This document shows positions 37,757-47,170 of a stretch of DNA of 64,000 bases, one piece after another. The DNA lies in NCBI GenBank assembly GCA_965209055.1, contig OZ242374.1, positions 2,208,001-2,272,000 on the forward strand, in the 5' to 3' direction. Under the pieces are notes generated by a model. That model did not search any database. It had not been told where the DNA came from and saw nothing but the letters and a program-made list of their open reading frames with translations. Made by a program: the position numbers and the translations under genes. This DNA is from Acidobacteriota bacterium (GTDB lineage Bacteria > Acidobacteriota > UBA6911 > RPQK01 > JAJDTT01). Every line of letters begins with the position of its first letter. The first letter of the stretch is position 1.

Positions 37757-39376
37757 TCAGCCCTGGCCCTGGCCGGTGTAGGGGGACGGTTCCCGGCGCG
37801 TGGACCAGGTCAGTCCGCGGACCCGCTCCGGATTCCGGTTGGGAAAGACGAAGCTCAGCAACCAGGCTGTTCCCAGCGCGGCCAGTGTGGAGGAGGGGAT
37901 GATCCAGGTGAATCCCATCCCCTGGGCGGCCAGCCGCTGCGCGAATTCCGGACCCAGCCACGCGCCCACCAGGTCGACGGCCGAAGGCCCCAGGTGCCGA
38001 AGCAATTCTCCCGAGTAGGCGACGGCGAGCGCGGTCCCGACACCGGCCAGGGCCCCGGGCCAGACGGCGCGGCTTCCTGCCCGGGGAATCAGCATGCCCG
38101 CCAGGAACAAGCCTCCCATCCCTCCGGCCAGCGAGTTGAAGGTCTTGGGGAGGATCGTCGGGATGTCGGCGGTGCCGGTCAGCCGGTCGAAAAAGATGGC
38201 GAACAGGGTGACGGCCAGTCCCACCACCAGTGTGATGGCCCGGGCCTGGACCACGTGGTTCTTCACCTGCCTCTTGCGCAACCGGCCGAAATCGATGGTG
38301 GCAACGGTGGCGAAGGAGTTGACGCCCGAGTCGATGGTGGACATGGAGGCGGCCAAGAGGGCGGCAAAGATGGCGCCGGCGAGCCCGGCGGGTATCCGGG
38401 TCGCGACGAAGAAGGGAAAGATGCCGTCCCGACCTTTGCCGCTGGCCGGATCCAGATCCGGAGGCAGCGTTCCGGCACCCTGGGTGAAGTAGTAGATCAG
38501 GCTGGCGCCGATGACCGTGAGAAGCGTCAGCAGCAGGACGTCGACGGCGGCGCTGGTGAGGTAGCTGCGCTTGGCGGCCCGCATGTCCACGGTGGAAAAG
38601 TAGCGCTGCATGATGGTCTGGTTGGCGGTGTGGGCCATGAGGGTCCAGAGGCAGCCTCCCAGGATGAGGGTGACCACCGTCGCCGGAATCGTGGGGTCCA
38701 ACGAAGCCAGAGGCATGCTTTCGTTGTCCCTGGCGTTCACGGCCTGGATCCAGTCCAGCGGTCCCGACCCGGTGGACATGGCCACGAACCCTATGGCGAA
38801 CAGGCCGCCCCCCACCAGGAGCGCCACCTGGATCACGTCGGTCCAGATCACGGCGCGGATCCCGCCCATCATGGTGTAGAGGGTGGCGACGATCCCGACG
38901 CTGACGATGATGAGCACCAGGGGCAACCCGGTGGCGACGGCAAGCGCCCGGGCGGAGAGGAGGACGATCACGCCCATGTAGATGGTCATGAACAGCAGGA
39001 ACATGGTGGCTCCGAGAAGCCTCACCGAGAGACTGAACCGATGTTCCAGGTACTCGTAGGCGGTGGTGAACCGGAAGCGGACGAAGAAGGGGATGGTGAC
39101 GAACAGCACCAGCACCACGGTGACGGCGATGCCCGCCAGCGTGTTCAGGAAGATGGCGAAGCCGAAACGCCAGACCACCCCCGGAGTCCCCAAATAGGCG
39201 ACGCTGGAGAGCAGAGTGGCGATCAGGCTGACCCCGACGGCGAACCAGGGCATGCGGCGGCCGCCCAGGAAATACTCCTCGTCGCTTTGCTGCCGCTTGG
39301 ACAGCCTCCAGCCCAGCATCATCATGCCCACGAGGTAGGCGACCAGGATCAGGTGATCGACGACGTGAAGTCTCAC
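37757..39376 (-). CDS. Sodium:solute symporter (SSS) family transporter
   Basis: EYFLGGRRMPW, TAYEYLEHRF, GGIRAVIWTDVIQ, QTIMQRY, AASMSTIDSGVNS. Confidence 0.92.
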   Translation of the reverse strand: MRLHVVDHLILVAYLVGMMMLGWRLSKRQQSDEEYFLGGRRMPWFAVGVSLIATLLSSVAYLGTPGVVWRFGFAIFLNTLAGIAVTVVLVLFVTIPFFVRFRFTTAYEYLEHRFSLSVRLLGATMFLLFMTIYMGVIVLLSARALAVATGLPLVLIIVSVGIVATLYTMMGGIRAVIWTDVIQVALLVGGGLFAIGFVAMSTGSGPLDWIQAVNARDNESMPLASLDPTIPATVVTLILGGCLWTLMAHTANQTIMQRYFSTVDMRAAKRSYLTSAAVDVLLLTLLTVIGASLIYYFTQGAGTLPPDLDPASGKGRDGIFPFFVATRIPAGLAGAIFAALLAASMSTIDSGVNSFATVATIDFGRLRKRQVKNHVVQARAITLVVGLAVTLFAIFFDRLTGTADIPTILPKTFNSLAGGMGGLFLAGMLIPRAGSRAVWPGALAGVGTALAVAYSGELLRHLGPSAVDLVGAWLGPEFAQRLAAQGMGFTWIIPSSTLAALGTAWLLSFVFPNRNPERVRGLTWSTRREPSPYTGQGQG

Positions 39377-39675
39377 CGGGAATTCTCCCCGCCGGACGTC
39401 GTGCTGCAAGACAATATTCCCGGATACGTTCGCATGGGTTTGAAGATGCCTTGGAGTCTAACCTGGAGGGACGATCTGTCCGGTACGGTCCATGAGATCA
39501 TACCCTGACCCCGGCTTGGGATCACGCTGCGGCCGGGGATGGAAGCTGACGGTATCCTTCGCTGGTCCGGTCGCGAGCCGGCCATTGGTTCCGGAATATC
39601 AGTTTCGAATGTCACCAGTGGGCGAAGGACTCCCGGACTCGACGGTCGGCATGGAAAGTCGCTATCGTACTCGGA

Positions 39676-39918
39676 ATGAAGACCACTATTTCGTCCAAGG
39701 GGCAATTCGTGTTACCGGCCAGGTTCCGGAAACAGGACCAGATTGAGCCCGGTCAGGAGTTCGACGTCGAGCGCTTGGATCGAGGTGAGTATCGGTTCGT
39801 TCGGCGGACGAAACCGCCGAACGAGGGTCTGGTCGACTGGTTGCTCAGTTGTCCCGAAAAAGGGTTCTTCGCTCCCATCGGCGCTGGACTTGACAGCCGA
39901 CGGGGAAGTCGAGGTTGA
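39676..39918 (+). CDS. AbrB/MazE/SpoVT-family antitoxin-type protein
   Basis: MKTTISSKGQFVLPARFRKQDQIEPGQEF swapped-hairpin motif. Confidence 0.8.
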   Translation: MKTTISSKGQFVLPARFRKQDQIEPGQEFDVERLDRGEYRFVRRTKPPNEGLVDWLLSCPEKGFFAPIGAGLDSRRGSRG

Positions 39919-39957
39919 ATTCACCGTTTGCTCTCCGTTAGCGGGAGACACGAAAAA

Positions 39958-40425
39958 ATGTCTGAAAGACGGCGCCGAGGCGTTCGGTACGCTCACACCA
40001 ATCTGGTCGCCGATGACTGGAGAGCGATGGTGAAATTCTACGTGGAGGTCTTCGACTGCCGTCCGGTCGGGACGGAACGGGATCGGAGCGGAGCGCACAT
40101 CGACGCCCTCACCGGTCTCGAGGGAGTCCACATGGCGGGTGTCCATTTGAAGCTTCCCGGATATGGCGACGGCGGCCCCACGCTTGAGGTCTTCCAATTC
40201 GACGAGAACGCCCGGCGCCCTGCCCCGGCCGTCAACCGGCCCGGGTTCGCCCACATCGCCTTCCAGGTGGACGACCTGGAAGCGAAGCGCCTGCAGGTTA
40301 TGGAGCGGGGGGGTGCGGATCTGGGAAGCGTGACCACCCTGGACATCTCCGAAGAGGGCCGCCTCACCCTCGTCTACATGACCGATCCTGAAGGCAACAT
40401 CGTCGAGCTGCAGTACTGGCACTAG
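39958..40425 (+). CDS. VOC (glyoxalase-like) family protein
   Basis: YAHTNL..FYVEVF, LEVFQF, GFAHIAFQVDDL, TDPEGNIVEL. Confidence 0.88.
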   Translation: MSERRRRGVRYAHTNLVADDWRAMVKFYVEVFDCRPVGTERDRSGAHIDALTGLEGVHMAGVHLKLPGYGDGGPTLEVFQFDENARRPAPAVNRPGFAHIAFQVDDLEAKRLQVMERGGADLGSVTTLDISEEGRLTLVYMTDPEGNIVELQYWH

Positions 40426-40471
40426 GGCAAGAGTCCCGCGCGGCGCCGGGACCGGGACGCTCCGGAAACCG

Positions 40472-40972
40472 CTACATCACGGATTTCAACAGCTTCGGAG
40501 TGACGAACCAGATCAGGCTCCCCTCGCCCCAGCGGACGTTCCCCCAGCGGTCCCGCGGCAGGTTGATCCGGGCCATGGCCGCGGTGGGGAACCTCATCTG
40601 GCCCCTTCCGATGAGTCGGCCGGCCAGCGCGGAACAGGTCGGTTGGTGGCCGGCCACCAGCAGGCGCGAATCGGTATCGGAGCAGCCGCGGATGATCTTC
40701 AGCATCTCGTCCGAGGTGGTGTCGTACAGGTCCCCGGTTGCTTCCAGGGGACAGGACCATTCCCCGGCTTGGGCGGCCAGTTCCACGGTCTGCCACGCCC
40801 GTACCGCGGAGGAGGAGATCACCCGGTCCGGGATCTGGCCCAACCGGTCCAGGTAACGTCCCATCCGTTTGGCGGCGGCGATGCCCCGCGGGGACAGCGG
40901 CCGATCGTGGTCAAACCGGTACGCGGCGTTCCAATCCGATTTGGCATGCCGAAAAATGAGCAGTTGTTTCAT
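40472..40972 (-). CDS. sixA: Phosphohistidine phosphatase SixA
   Basis: RHAKS, DHDRPLSPRG, SSAVRAWQT, AGHQP, FPTAA. Confidence 0.85.
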   Translation of the reverse strand: MKQLLIFRHAKSDWNAAYRFDHDRPLSPRGIAAAKRMGRYLDRLGQIPDRVISSSAVRAWQTVELAAQAGEWSCPLEATGDLYDTTSDEMLKIIRGCSDTDSRLLVAGHQPTCSALAGRLIGRGQMRFPTAAMARINLPRDRWGNVRWGEGSLIWFVTPKLLKSVM

Positions 40973-41033
40973 GAACGGCTGAATCCTGTCATCATCCGAA
41001 GTACAGTCAGTCTACTACGGCCCATTGCCAAGC

Positions 41034-42005
41034 ATGCAAGCCAGGGAGAGTGGAGACGGTTCTGCCGGGATCAATGGCCGGGTCCAGGACTCCTTCGTCC
41101 GCTACCCGTCCAAGCCGAGGCTGGAATTGTCTGCCGGAATGCCGGCTCATCAGGGTCTTCGAAAGATCCATCTGTCCCTGTTGAGGGCGATTCTCCACAA
41201 CCGGGAGGGTGTAATCGGGAGTCGGGACCCTGAGTTCCTCCACGATTTCCGCGTCGCCGTGCGCCGGGCTCGATCGGCGCTGACCCAGGTCAAGGGGGTC
41301 TTCCCGGCGGCCGAGGCCGAACGCGCCAGAGTCGCGCTCTCGTCCATGACCCGGGTGACCGGCGAGGCCCGGGATCTGGATGTCTTTCTGGAGAAGCTGG
41401 AGGCCTATGAATCCGGCCTTCCGCAGCAGATACGGCAAGAATTGATTCCCGTCAAGGAACTGGCGCGGCGCCGGCGCAGGGGCCAGCAACCCGTCTTGTC
41501 GGAAGCCCTCGGCGCCGCTTCATGGGCGGCCGCGGTGGACCGGTGGGAAACGTTCCTGCTTTCTGGAACCGATCCGCAGTCGCTTCCCAAGAAGGGCCGA
41601 CGACCCCTCGGAGCCGTCGCCGCCAAGCGGATTCGGAAGGCATATCGCCGAGTCGCCGGCAGAGAGAGTCTCATCGGATTGGAAATCGAGGTGTTGCATC
41701 GGCTTCGGATCGACTGCAAGAAGCTCCGCTACCTGCTCGAGTTCTTTCGCAGCCTCTATCCGGGCCGGGAGGCCGCCTCCCTGCTCAAGAGGCTCAAGTC
41801 TCTACAGGGCGTGCTGGGAGACCTCCATGACCTGGCGGTCCATCGGGAGATGGCCCGCAGCATCTGGACGGAGATTCGTCCTCGCCCCGGGTCCTCGATG
41901 CCTCTGGATCTTCTGGAACGCCGCTTGGAGCAACTTCACGTCCGGGCCCACGAGGCGACGGAGGGAAAATTCCAACGGTTCCGGGCCCATGCAACGCCGT
42001 GGTGA
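41034..42005 (+). CDS. CHAD domain (polyphosphate-binding) protein
   Basis: DPEFLHDFRVAVRRARSAL, ARDLDV, LHRLRIDCKKLRYLLE, LQGVLGDLHD. Confidence 0.9.
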   Translation: MQARESGDGSAGINGRVQDSFVRYPSKPRLELSAGMPAHQGLRKIHLSLLRAILHNREGVIGSRDPEFLHDFRVAVRRARSALTQVKGVFPAAEAERARVALSSMTRVTGEARDLDVFLEKLEAYESGLPQQIRQELIPVKELARRRRRGQQPVLSEALGAASWAAAVDRWETFLLSGTDPQSLPKKGRRPLGAVAAKRIRKAYRRVAGRESLIGLEIEVLHRLRIDCKKLRYLLEFFRSLYPGREAASLLKRLKSLQGVLGDLHDLAVHREMARSIWTEIRPRPGSSMPLDLLERRLEQLHVRAHEATEGKFQRFRAHATPW

Positions 42006-42221
42006 CGGACCTCTGTCCGCCGTTCCCGCTCAGGCGCAATGGAGCGTGCAGCCGCCTGAACGGAGATACGCTGTCTCTCCCTCCAGGTCGGCGCCCGTGA
42101 GGGGATGCCGCCCCAACCATCCGTCGGGAAACTCCAGGGTCACTTTGCAGACCGGATTCCACCCCGCCCCTCAATCCCCTTTCCCGTTCTCTTGAAGAAC
42201 CTGGGTTGGTTGTGGTCCAAT

Positions 42222-42238
42222 TTGTGAAAACTTCACAA
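42222..42238. promoter_or_regulatory. Perfect 7-3-7 palindrome abutting the ppk1 start codon
   Basis: TTGTGAA-AAC-TTCACAA; the last A is the A of ATG. Confidence 0.5.
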
Positions 42239-44424
42239 TGTCAGCAGTTTCTCAGACGCCGTCCTCGTCCCCGCCCCGCATTGCAGTCAATTCCCCGGAA
42301 GCCTTTCTCAATCGGGAACTGAGCTGGCTGGGCTTCGCCAGCCGCGTGGTCGCCCTGGTGGAGAATCGAAACCTTCCCCTCCTGGAGCGAGTCAAATTCG
42401 CCGGAATCGCCGGGATGCTCCATGATGAGTTCTTCATGAAGCGGATCAGCGGGTTGAAGCGCCAGATCCGAAACCGCTCCAAGAAAACCGCCATCGACGG
42501 CCGCTCGCCGGAAACCGTGTTCCGGACCTGTCAGACCGAACTGCGAACCCAGTCCAGGAGGTTGGGCGAGACGCTTTTGGGGGATCTGGGCCCCGCCATG
42601 GCCGCCGAGGGAGTGGGTGTTGTCGATTACGATCAGTTGCAGGCGTCGCAGAGACGGCACCTGCGGGAATATTTCCAAGATGCGGTGATGCCGATCCTGA
42701 CGCCGCTGGTTGTGGATCCGGCGCACCCCTTCCCCTTCATCAGCAACCTGGGACTGAATCTGGCGATCCTTTTCCCCGGTGACGATGGACGCGAGCGTTT
42801 CGTCCGCATCAAGGTGCCGGACAACCGTCCCCGTTGGGTTCCCCTCCCGGACGGTTCCGGGTTCACGCCCTTGGAGCAGGTCATTGCCGGGAATATCGAC
42901 CTGCTGTACCCGGAGATTCCTCCTCTGGGAATTTACGCCTTTCGCGTGACCAGGGGCAGCTCGGGAGATCCGGATCGGTTCCGGCACCTGTTGGAGGACG
43001 AGTCCCAGGCCCCGGGGAGCATCATTCAGCAGGTGAGCAGCGAACTGAAGGCCAGGCGATTCGCGGGCGCGGTCCGGCTCCAGGTGAATCCGGACATGCC
43101 CGGGGAACTCGCCGATTGGCTGCTCCGGCAGTTGGAGATGGATTCCGATGACCTCTATCCCACGAGGCAACTGCTCAGGCTCAGCGACTTGGCCGATTTC
43201 AATCCGGGCAAACGCGACGACCTCCGATTCCCGCCTCACCGGCCCATGACGCATCCCCGCCTGCGCCGCCTGGAGTTTGGCCGTCCCGCCGCCATCTTCA
43301 ACGAGATCGGCCGTGGCGATATTCTCCTTCACCATCCCTATCACAGCTTCGACTCGTCGGTCCTGAGGTTCATCGAGGCCGCCGCCGTCGACCCGGACGT
43401 CTTGGCCATCAAGCTGACCATCTACCGGACCAGCGGCGATTCCCCCATCGTCAAGGCGCTGGCCGAAGCCGCCCGGAGAGGCAAGCAGGTGGCGGTGCTG
43501 GTAGAGGTCACGGCTCGATTCGACGAGGCTCCCAACATCGCCTGGGGGAAGTACCTGGAGAACGAGGGCGCCCACGTGGCCTACGGCGTGGAGCGGCTCA
43601 AGACCCATGTCAAGCTGGCCCTGGTGCTCCGGGAGGAAGAGCAGGGGAGAATCCGCCGTTACGCCCATGTGGGAACAGGCAACTACCACACGGGAACCGC
43701 GAAAATGTATGAGGATGTGGGGATCCTGACCTCCGATCCGGAGATCTGCCGCGACATCGCGGCGGTCTTCAACGCGCTGACGGGAAAGACGCCGCACACC
43801 GGGTACTCGCAGATGATCGTCGCTCCTGTGGCCATGCGCAAACGATTCAATCAGCTCATCCGCCGTGAAGCCGAACACGCGGCCGCGGGCCGGCCCAGTG
43901 GCATCCACGCCAAGATGAATCAGCTTCAGGACGCGGGAATCATTCGGGAGCTCTACCGGGCCGGCCAGGCCGGGGTGCCCATTACCCTGAACGTTCGCGG
44001 ACTCTGCTGCCTCAGGCCCGGAGTCCCGGGATTGTCCGAGAACATTCGAGTGTTCAGCGTCCTGGGGCGCTTTCTGGAGCACAGCCGGCTCTACCGTTTC
44101 GTCAACGGCGGCGAGCCCGAATACTTCCTGGGTTCCGCGGACTGGATGAAGCGGAACCTGAAGAAACGGGTGGAGACCGTCGTGCCGGTTCGCGACCCGG
44201 ACTTGAAACAGGAACTGGAAGGGATCCTGCGGGTCTACGAGCGGGACAATGCGTCGGCGTGGGACTGCCGGCCGGACGGAACGTACGTGGGCCGGTCGCC
44301 TGAACCTGGGCAGAAGTCGAGAGCGGCCCAGGCAGTCTTCATCGAGAGGGCCGGCGCTAAATCTCAACTCGCCAACCGGGGGTCCAAACGTCGATCGGGC
44401 GGGATGGCGCTTCGGCGAATCTGA
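42238..44424 (+). CDS. ppk1: Polyphosphate kinase 1
   Basis: FLNRELSWL, DPAHPFPFISNL, LLHHPYHSF, ARFDE, KTHVK, HVGTGNY, GRFLEHSR, GSADWM. Confidence 0.97.
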   Translation: MSAVSQTPSSSPPRIAVNSPEAFLNRELSWLGFASRVVALVENRNLPLLERVKFAGIAGMLHDEFFMKRISGLKRQIRNRSKKTAIDGRSPETVFRTCQTELRTQSRRLGETLLGDLGPAMAAEGVGVVDYDQLQASQRRHLREYFQDAVMPILTPLVVDPAHPFPFISNLGLNLAILFPGDDGRERFVRIKVPDNRPRWVPLPDGSGFTPLEQVIAGNIDLLYPEIPPLGIYAFRVTRGSSGDPDRFRHLLEDESQAPGSIIQQVSSELKARRFAGAVRLQVNPDMPGELADWLLRQLEMDSDDLYPTRQLLRLSDLADFNPGKRDDLRFPPHRPMTHPRLRRLEFGRPAAIFNEIGRGDILLHHPYHSFDSSVLRFIEAAAVDPDVLAIKLTIYRTSGDSPIVKALAEAARRGKQVAVLVEVTARFDEAPNIAWGKYLENEGAHVAYGVERLKTHVKLALVLREEEQGRIRRYAHVGTGNYHTGTAKMYEDVGILTSDPEICRDIAAVFNALTGKTPHTGYSQMIVAPVAMRKRFNQLIRREAEHAAAGRPSGIHAKMNQLQDAGIIRELYRAGQAGVPITLNVRGLCCLRPGVPGLSENIRVFSVLGRFLEHSRLYRFVNGGEPEYFLGSADWMKRNLKKRVETVVPVRDPDLKQELEGILRVYERDNASAWDCRPDGTYVGRSPEPGQKSRAAQAVFIERAGAKSQLANRGSKRRSGGMALRRI

Positions 44425-44558
44425 GAAGCTTCCTCACGAGTGGGCCGCTGCGCCGCGCCTCACTTTCTCTATCTTTCAAAAAGACCGCGGGCTATTCACC
44501 CAAACATACGCCAACTTGAAGTTCCCCTTCGGTCCTCGCTGATAATGTATCGGACAGG

Positions 44559-45788
44559 ATGAATTCACCGCATCGGAGGTCTCGCTCCGGTTCCGGAATG
44601 GGTGCCGGCTCCAAGACCGTGGTGCTGGGCAGATCCGCTCCGGTGCCCGGAATTGCCGTTTTCACCGACACCCTGGACCAGGTGAACGGGGTGTCCAACA
44701 CGTACCAGTACCTTGCGGCCTATTGCCGGCGGCGGAAGATCGACCTGGACTTCTTCACCTACGGTTCCCGGACGTCCCTGGAGAAACAGGGTTCGGTCCG
44801 GATTTTTCGCTACCGGCCCCGGCTCCCCATTCGCTACTACGCCGGGCTGGTCTTCGATCTTTGGACTCCGCGAGGGAACCTCCTAAAGGATTGCCGTGAG
44901 GGAGGATACGGCCTGATCCACGCGGCGACCCCGGGGTCCATGGGCCTCAACGCTCTGGCCGCCGCCAAGAAGCTTCGGCTTCCCCTGGTGGGCGTTTACC
45001 ACACGGCTCTGCCGGAGTACGTCGAAACCCGAAGACGGAGTCTGATGACAAGATTGGGGCTGCCCTCCGATCTCCTGGAGCGGTCCACGCTGGAGGTTTG
45101 CTGGAAGTTCGTCGAGTGGTTCTACCGGCATTGCCAGACGGTCCTGGCTCCATCCAGCAGCATCGCCCGAACCCTGGAACGGAGGATCCGGGTCCCCATG
45201 GATCGCTTCTCCCGCGGCGTCGACGCGCGGAAATTCAGTCCGGAGCATCGCCAGGAGCCCGCCCGGACGACCGTCCTCTACGTGGGTCGGGTGTCGGTGG
45301 AGAAGAACCTTCCGTTACTGGCGCGGATTTTCCGCAGCCGCCGGGACGCCCGCCTCGTGGTGGTGGGGGATGGACCCTTTCGCAGTCGCATGGAGCGGGA
45401 AGCGCCGAACGCGAAGTTCACCGGATTCGTGACGGGACTCGAACTTAGCCGGGCCTACGCGTCGTCGGATCTGTTCGCATTTCCCTCGGAGACGGACACC
45501 TTCGGCAACGTGGTGCTGGAGGCCATGAGTTCGGGCCTGCCCGTCGTCGTCACCGACAAGATGGGTCCCCGGGAGCTGGTCGATCACGGGTCCAACGGAT
45601 TCATCGCATCGAACGATCGGGAGTTCGAGCGCTACCTGGATCGCTTGATCAAGGACAAGGAACTGCGAAGGAGCATGGGGGCCCGGTCCCGGACGATGGC
45701 GCTGGAGCGAACTTGGGACGCGGTCTTCGGATCGCTGTTCGACAGCTATCGGGAAGTCATCCGGGAGTGTCGGGAACCAGTGGCGTAG
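44559..45788 (+). CDS. Glycosyltransferase family 4 (MgtA/PimB-like)
   Basis: TDT..QVNGVS, YHT, LYVGRVSVEKNL, VGDGP, FPSETDTFGNVVLEAMSSGLPV. Confidence 0.9.
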   Translation: MNSPHRRSRSGSGMGAGSKTVVLGRSAPVPGIAVFTDTLDQVNGVSNTYQYLAAYCRRRKIDLDFFTYGSRTSLEKQGSVRIFRYRPRLPIRYYAGLVFDLWTPRGNLLKDCREGGYGLIHAATPGSMGLNALAAAKKLRLPLVGVYHTALPEYVETRRRSLMTRLGLPSDLLERSTLEVCWKFVEWFYRHCQTVLAPSSSIARTLERRIRVPMDRFSRGVDARKFSPEHRQEPARTTVLYVGRVSVEKNLPLLARIFRSRRDARLVVVGDGPFRSRMEREAPNAKFTGFVTGLELSRAYASSDLFAFPSETDTFGNVVLEAMSSGLPVVVTDKMGPRELVDHGSNGFIASNDREFERYLDRLIKDKELRRSMGARSRTMALERTWDAVFGSLFDSYREVIRECREPVA

Positions 45789-45811
45789 TCCAGGCCGGAT
45801 CGCTCATCCGG

Positions 45812-47170
45812 CTACACGTCCGAGAGGAGCTCCACCTGCCCGGTGCTGTCGCCGATGCGCTCGGCCGGCACTCCCAACTGGCTCAGGACCGTCATGTAGA
45901 GGTTGGTCAGCGGAGTCCCCTCCTTGAACCGGACGTGGCGGCCTCCCTTGAGCCGGCCCGCGCCTCCTCCGGCCACCAGAATCGGCAGGTTGCGGGGCGT
46001 GTGCAGGTCGCTGTCGCTCATCCCGCTTCCGTAGAGAAGGGTCACCTGGTCCAGCAGCGAGCCATTCCCCTCCGGGGTGGATCGCAGCTTCTGGAGGAAA
46101 TAGGCGAACATCCGCATGTGGAGAATGCTGACCCGAGTCAGTTTCTCCAGCTTCTCCGGATCGTACTGGTGGTGGGACAGGGGGTGGTGCGGGTCCGGGA
46201 CTCCGATCTCGGGATAGGTCCGCTGGCTCAGCTCCCGGCCCATCATGAAGGTGATGACCCGGGTGAGGTCCGACTGGTAGGCCAGGACCTGGAGGTCGAT
46301 CATCAGTTTGGCGTGCTCTTCGAAGCTGCCGGGGATCCCGGCGGGGCGCTCCAGCACCGCTGCCTGCCGGCCGGCCTGGGTTTCCGCGATCTGGATCCTC
46401 CGCTCCACGTCCCGAACCGCGTCCAGGTATTCGACGATCTTGTTGCGGTCGCCGGCGCCGATCCTGGCCTGCAGCCGGGCCGCTTTCCGGGTCACCGAGT
46501 CGAGAATGCTCCGTTTGCTCCGGATCCGGCGGAGCCGCTCGGCCGGGTCGGTGCTCTCCTGGTCGCCGAAGAGGCGTTCGAAGACCGCACGCGGGTTGTT
46601 CTCCGTGGGGAGGGGCGTGGTCGAATTCCGCCAGGAGAGGGTGTTGATGTAGGCGCAACTGTAGCCGACGTCGCAGGCCCCCGACAGGCCGGTCGCCTCC
46701 AGGGCCAGTTCCAATGAAGCCAGTTGGGTATGTTGCCCGTACTGCGCCGCCGCGATCTGGTCGAAGGAGACCCCGGCTTCGACTCCCGCCCCTTCCGTCG
46801 GTTTCACGTGGACGCCGGTCAGGAACGCTCCCCCGATCCGTCCATGTCCACCGGCCGGCTCGCCGGGCAACGATACGGCCGGCTCGTTGCTGAGTCCGGT
46901 CAAGACCAGCAGGCGGTCCCGAAACGGAGTCAGCGGTTGCAGGATCGGCGTCAGTTCGAACTCGGCCCCTCCGGCGGCGGGAGTCCAATTCTCCATCACC
47001 GCCCCGTGAGGCACATAGACCACTCCCAGCCGGTCGGCCGGCGGGTTCGCCGCGGCGCGTCCGGGCGAAAGGGCCGGCGCCATGCTATCCAACAGGGGCA
47101 GTCCGATGGCGGCGCCCAGGCCGCGCAGAAACGTGCGGCGGGGCAGGGAAACCTTGCGGATGATCCTCAT
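45812..47170 (-). CDS. DUF1552 domain protein
   Basis: LPRRTFLRGLGAAIGLPLLDSM, YVPHG, GYSCAY, NPRAVFERLF, YGSGMSD..H. Confidence 0.9.
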   Translation of the reverse strand: MRIIRKVSLPRRTFLRGLGAAIGLPLLDSMAPALSPGRAAANPPADRLGVVYVPHGAVMENWTPAAGGAEFELTPILQPLTPFRDRLLVLTGLSNEPAVSLPGEPAGGHGRIGGAFLTGVHVKPTEGAGVEAGVSFDQIAAAQYGQHTQLASLELALEATGLSGACDVGYSCAYINTLSWRNSTTPLPTENNPRAVFERLFGDQESTDPAERLRRIRSKRSILDSVTRKAARLQARIGAGDRNKIVEYLDAVRDVERRIQIAETQAGRQAAVLERPAGIPGSFEEHAKLMIDLQVLAYQSDLTRVITFMMGRELSQRTYPEIGVPDPHHPLSHHQYDPEKLEKLTRVSILHMRMFAYFLQKLRSTPEGNGSLLDQVTLLYGSGMSDSDLHTPRNLPILVAGGGAGRLKGGRHVRFKEGTPLTNLYMTVLSQLGVPAERIGDSTGQVELLSDV

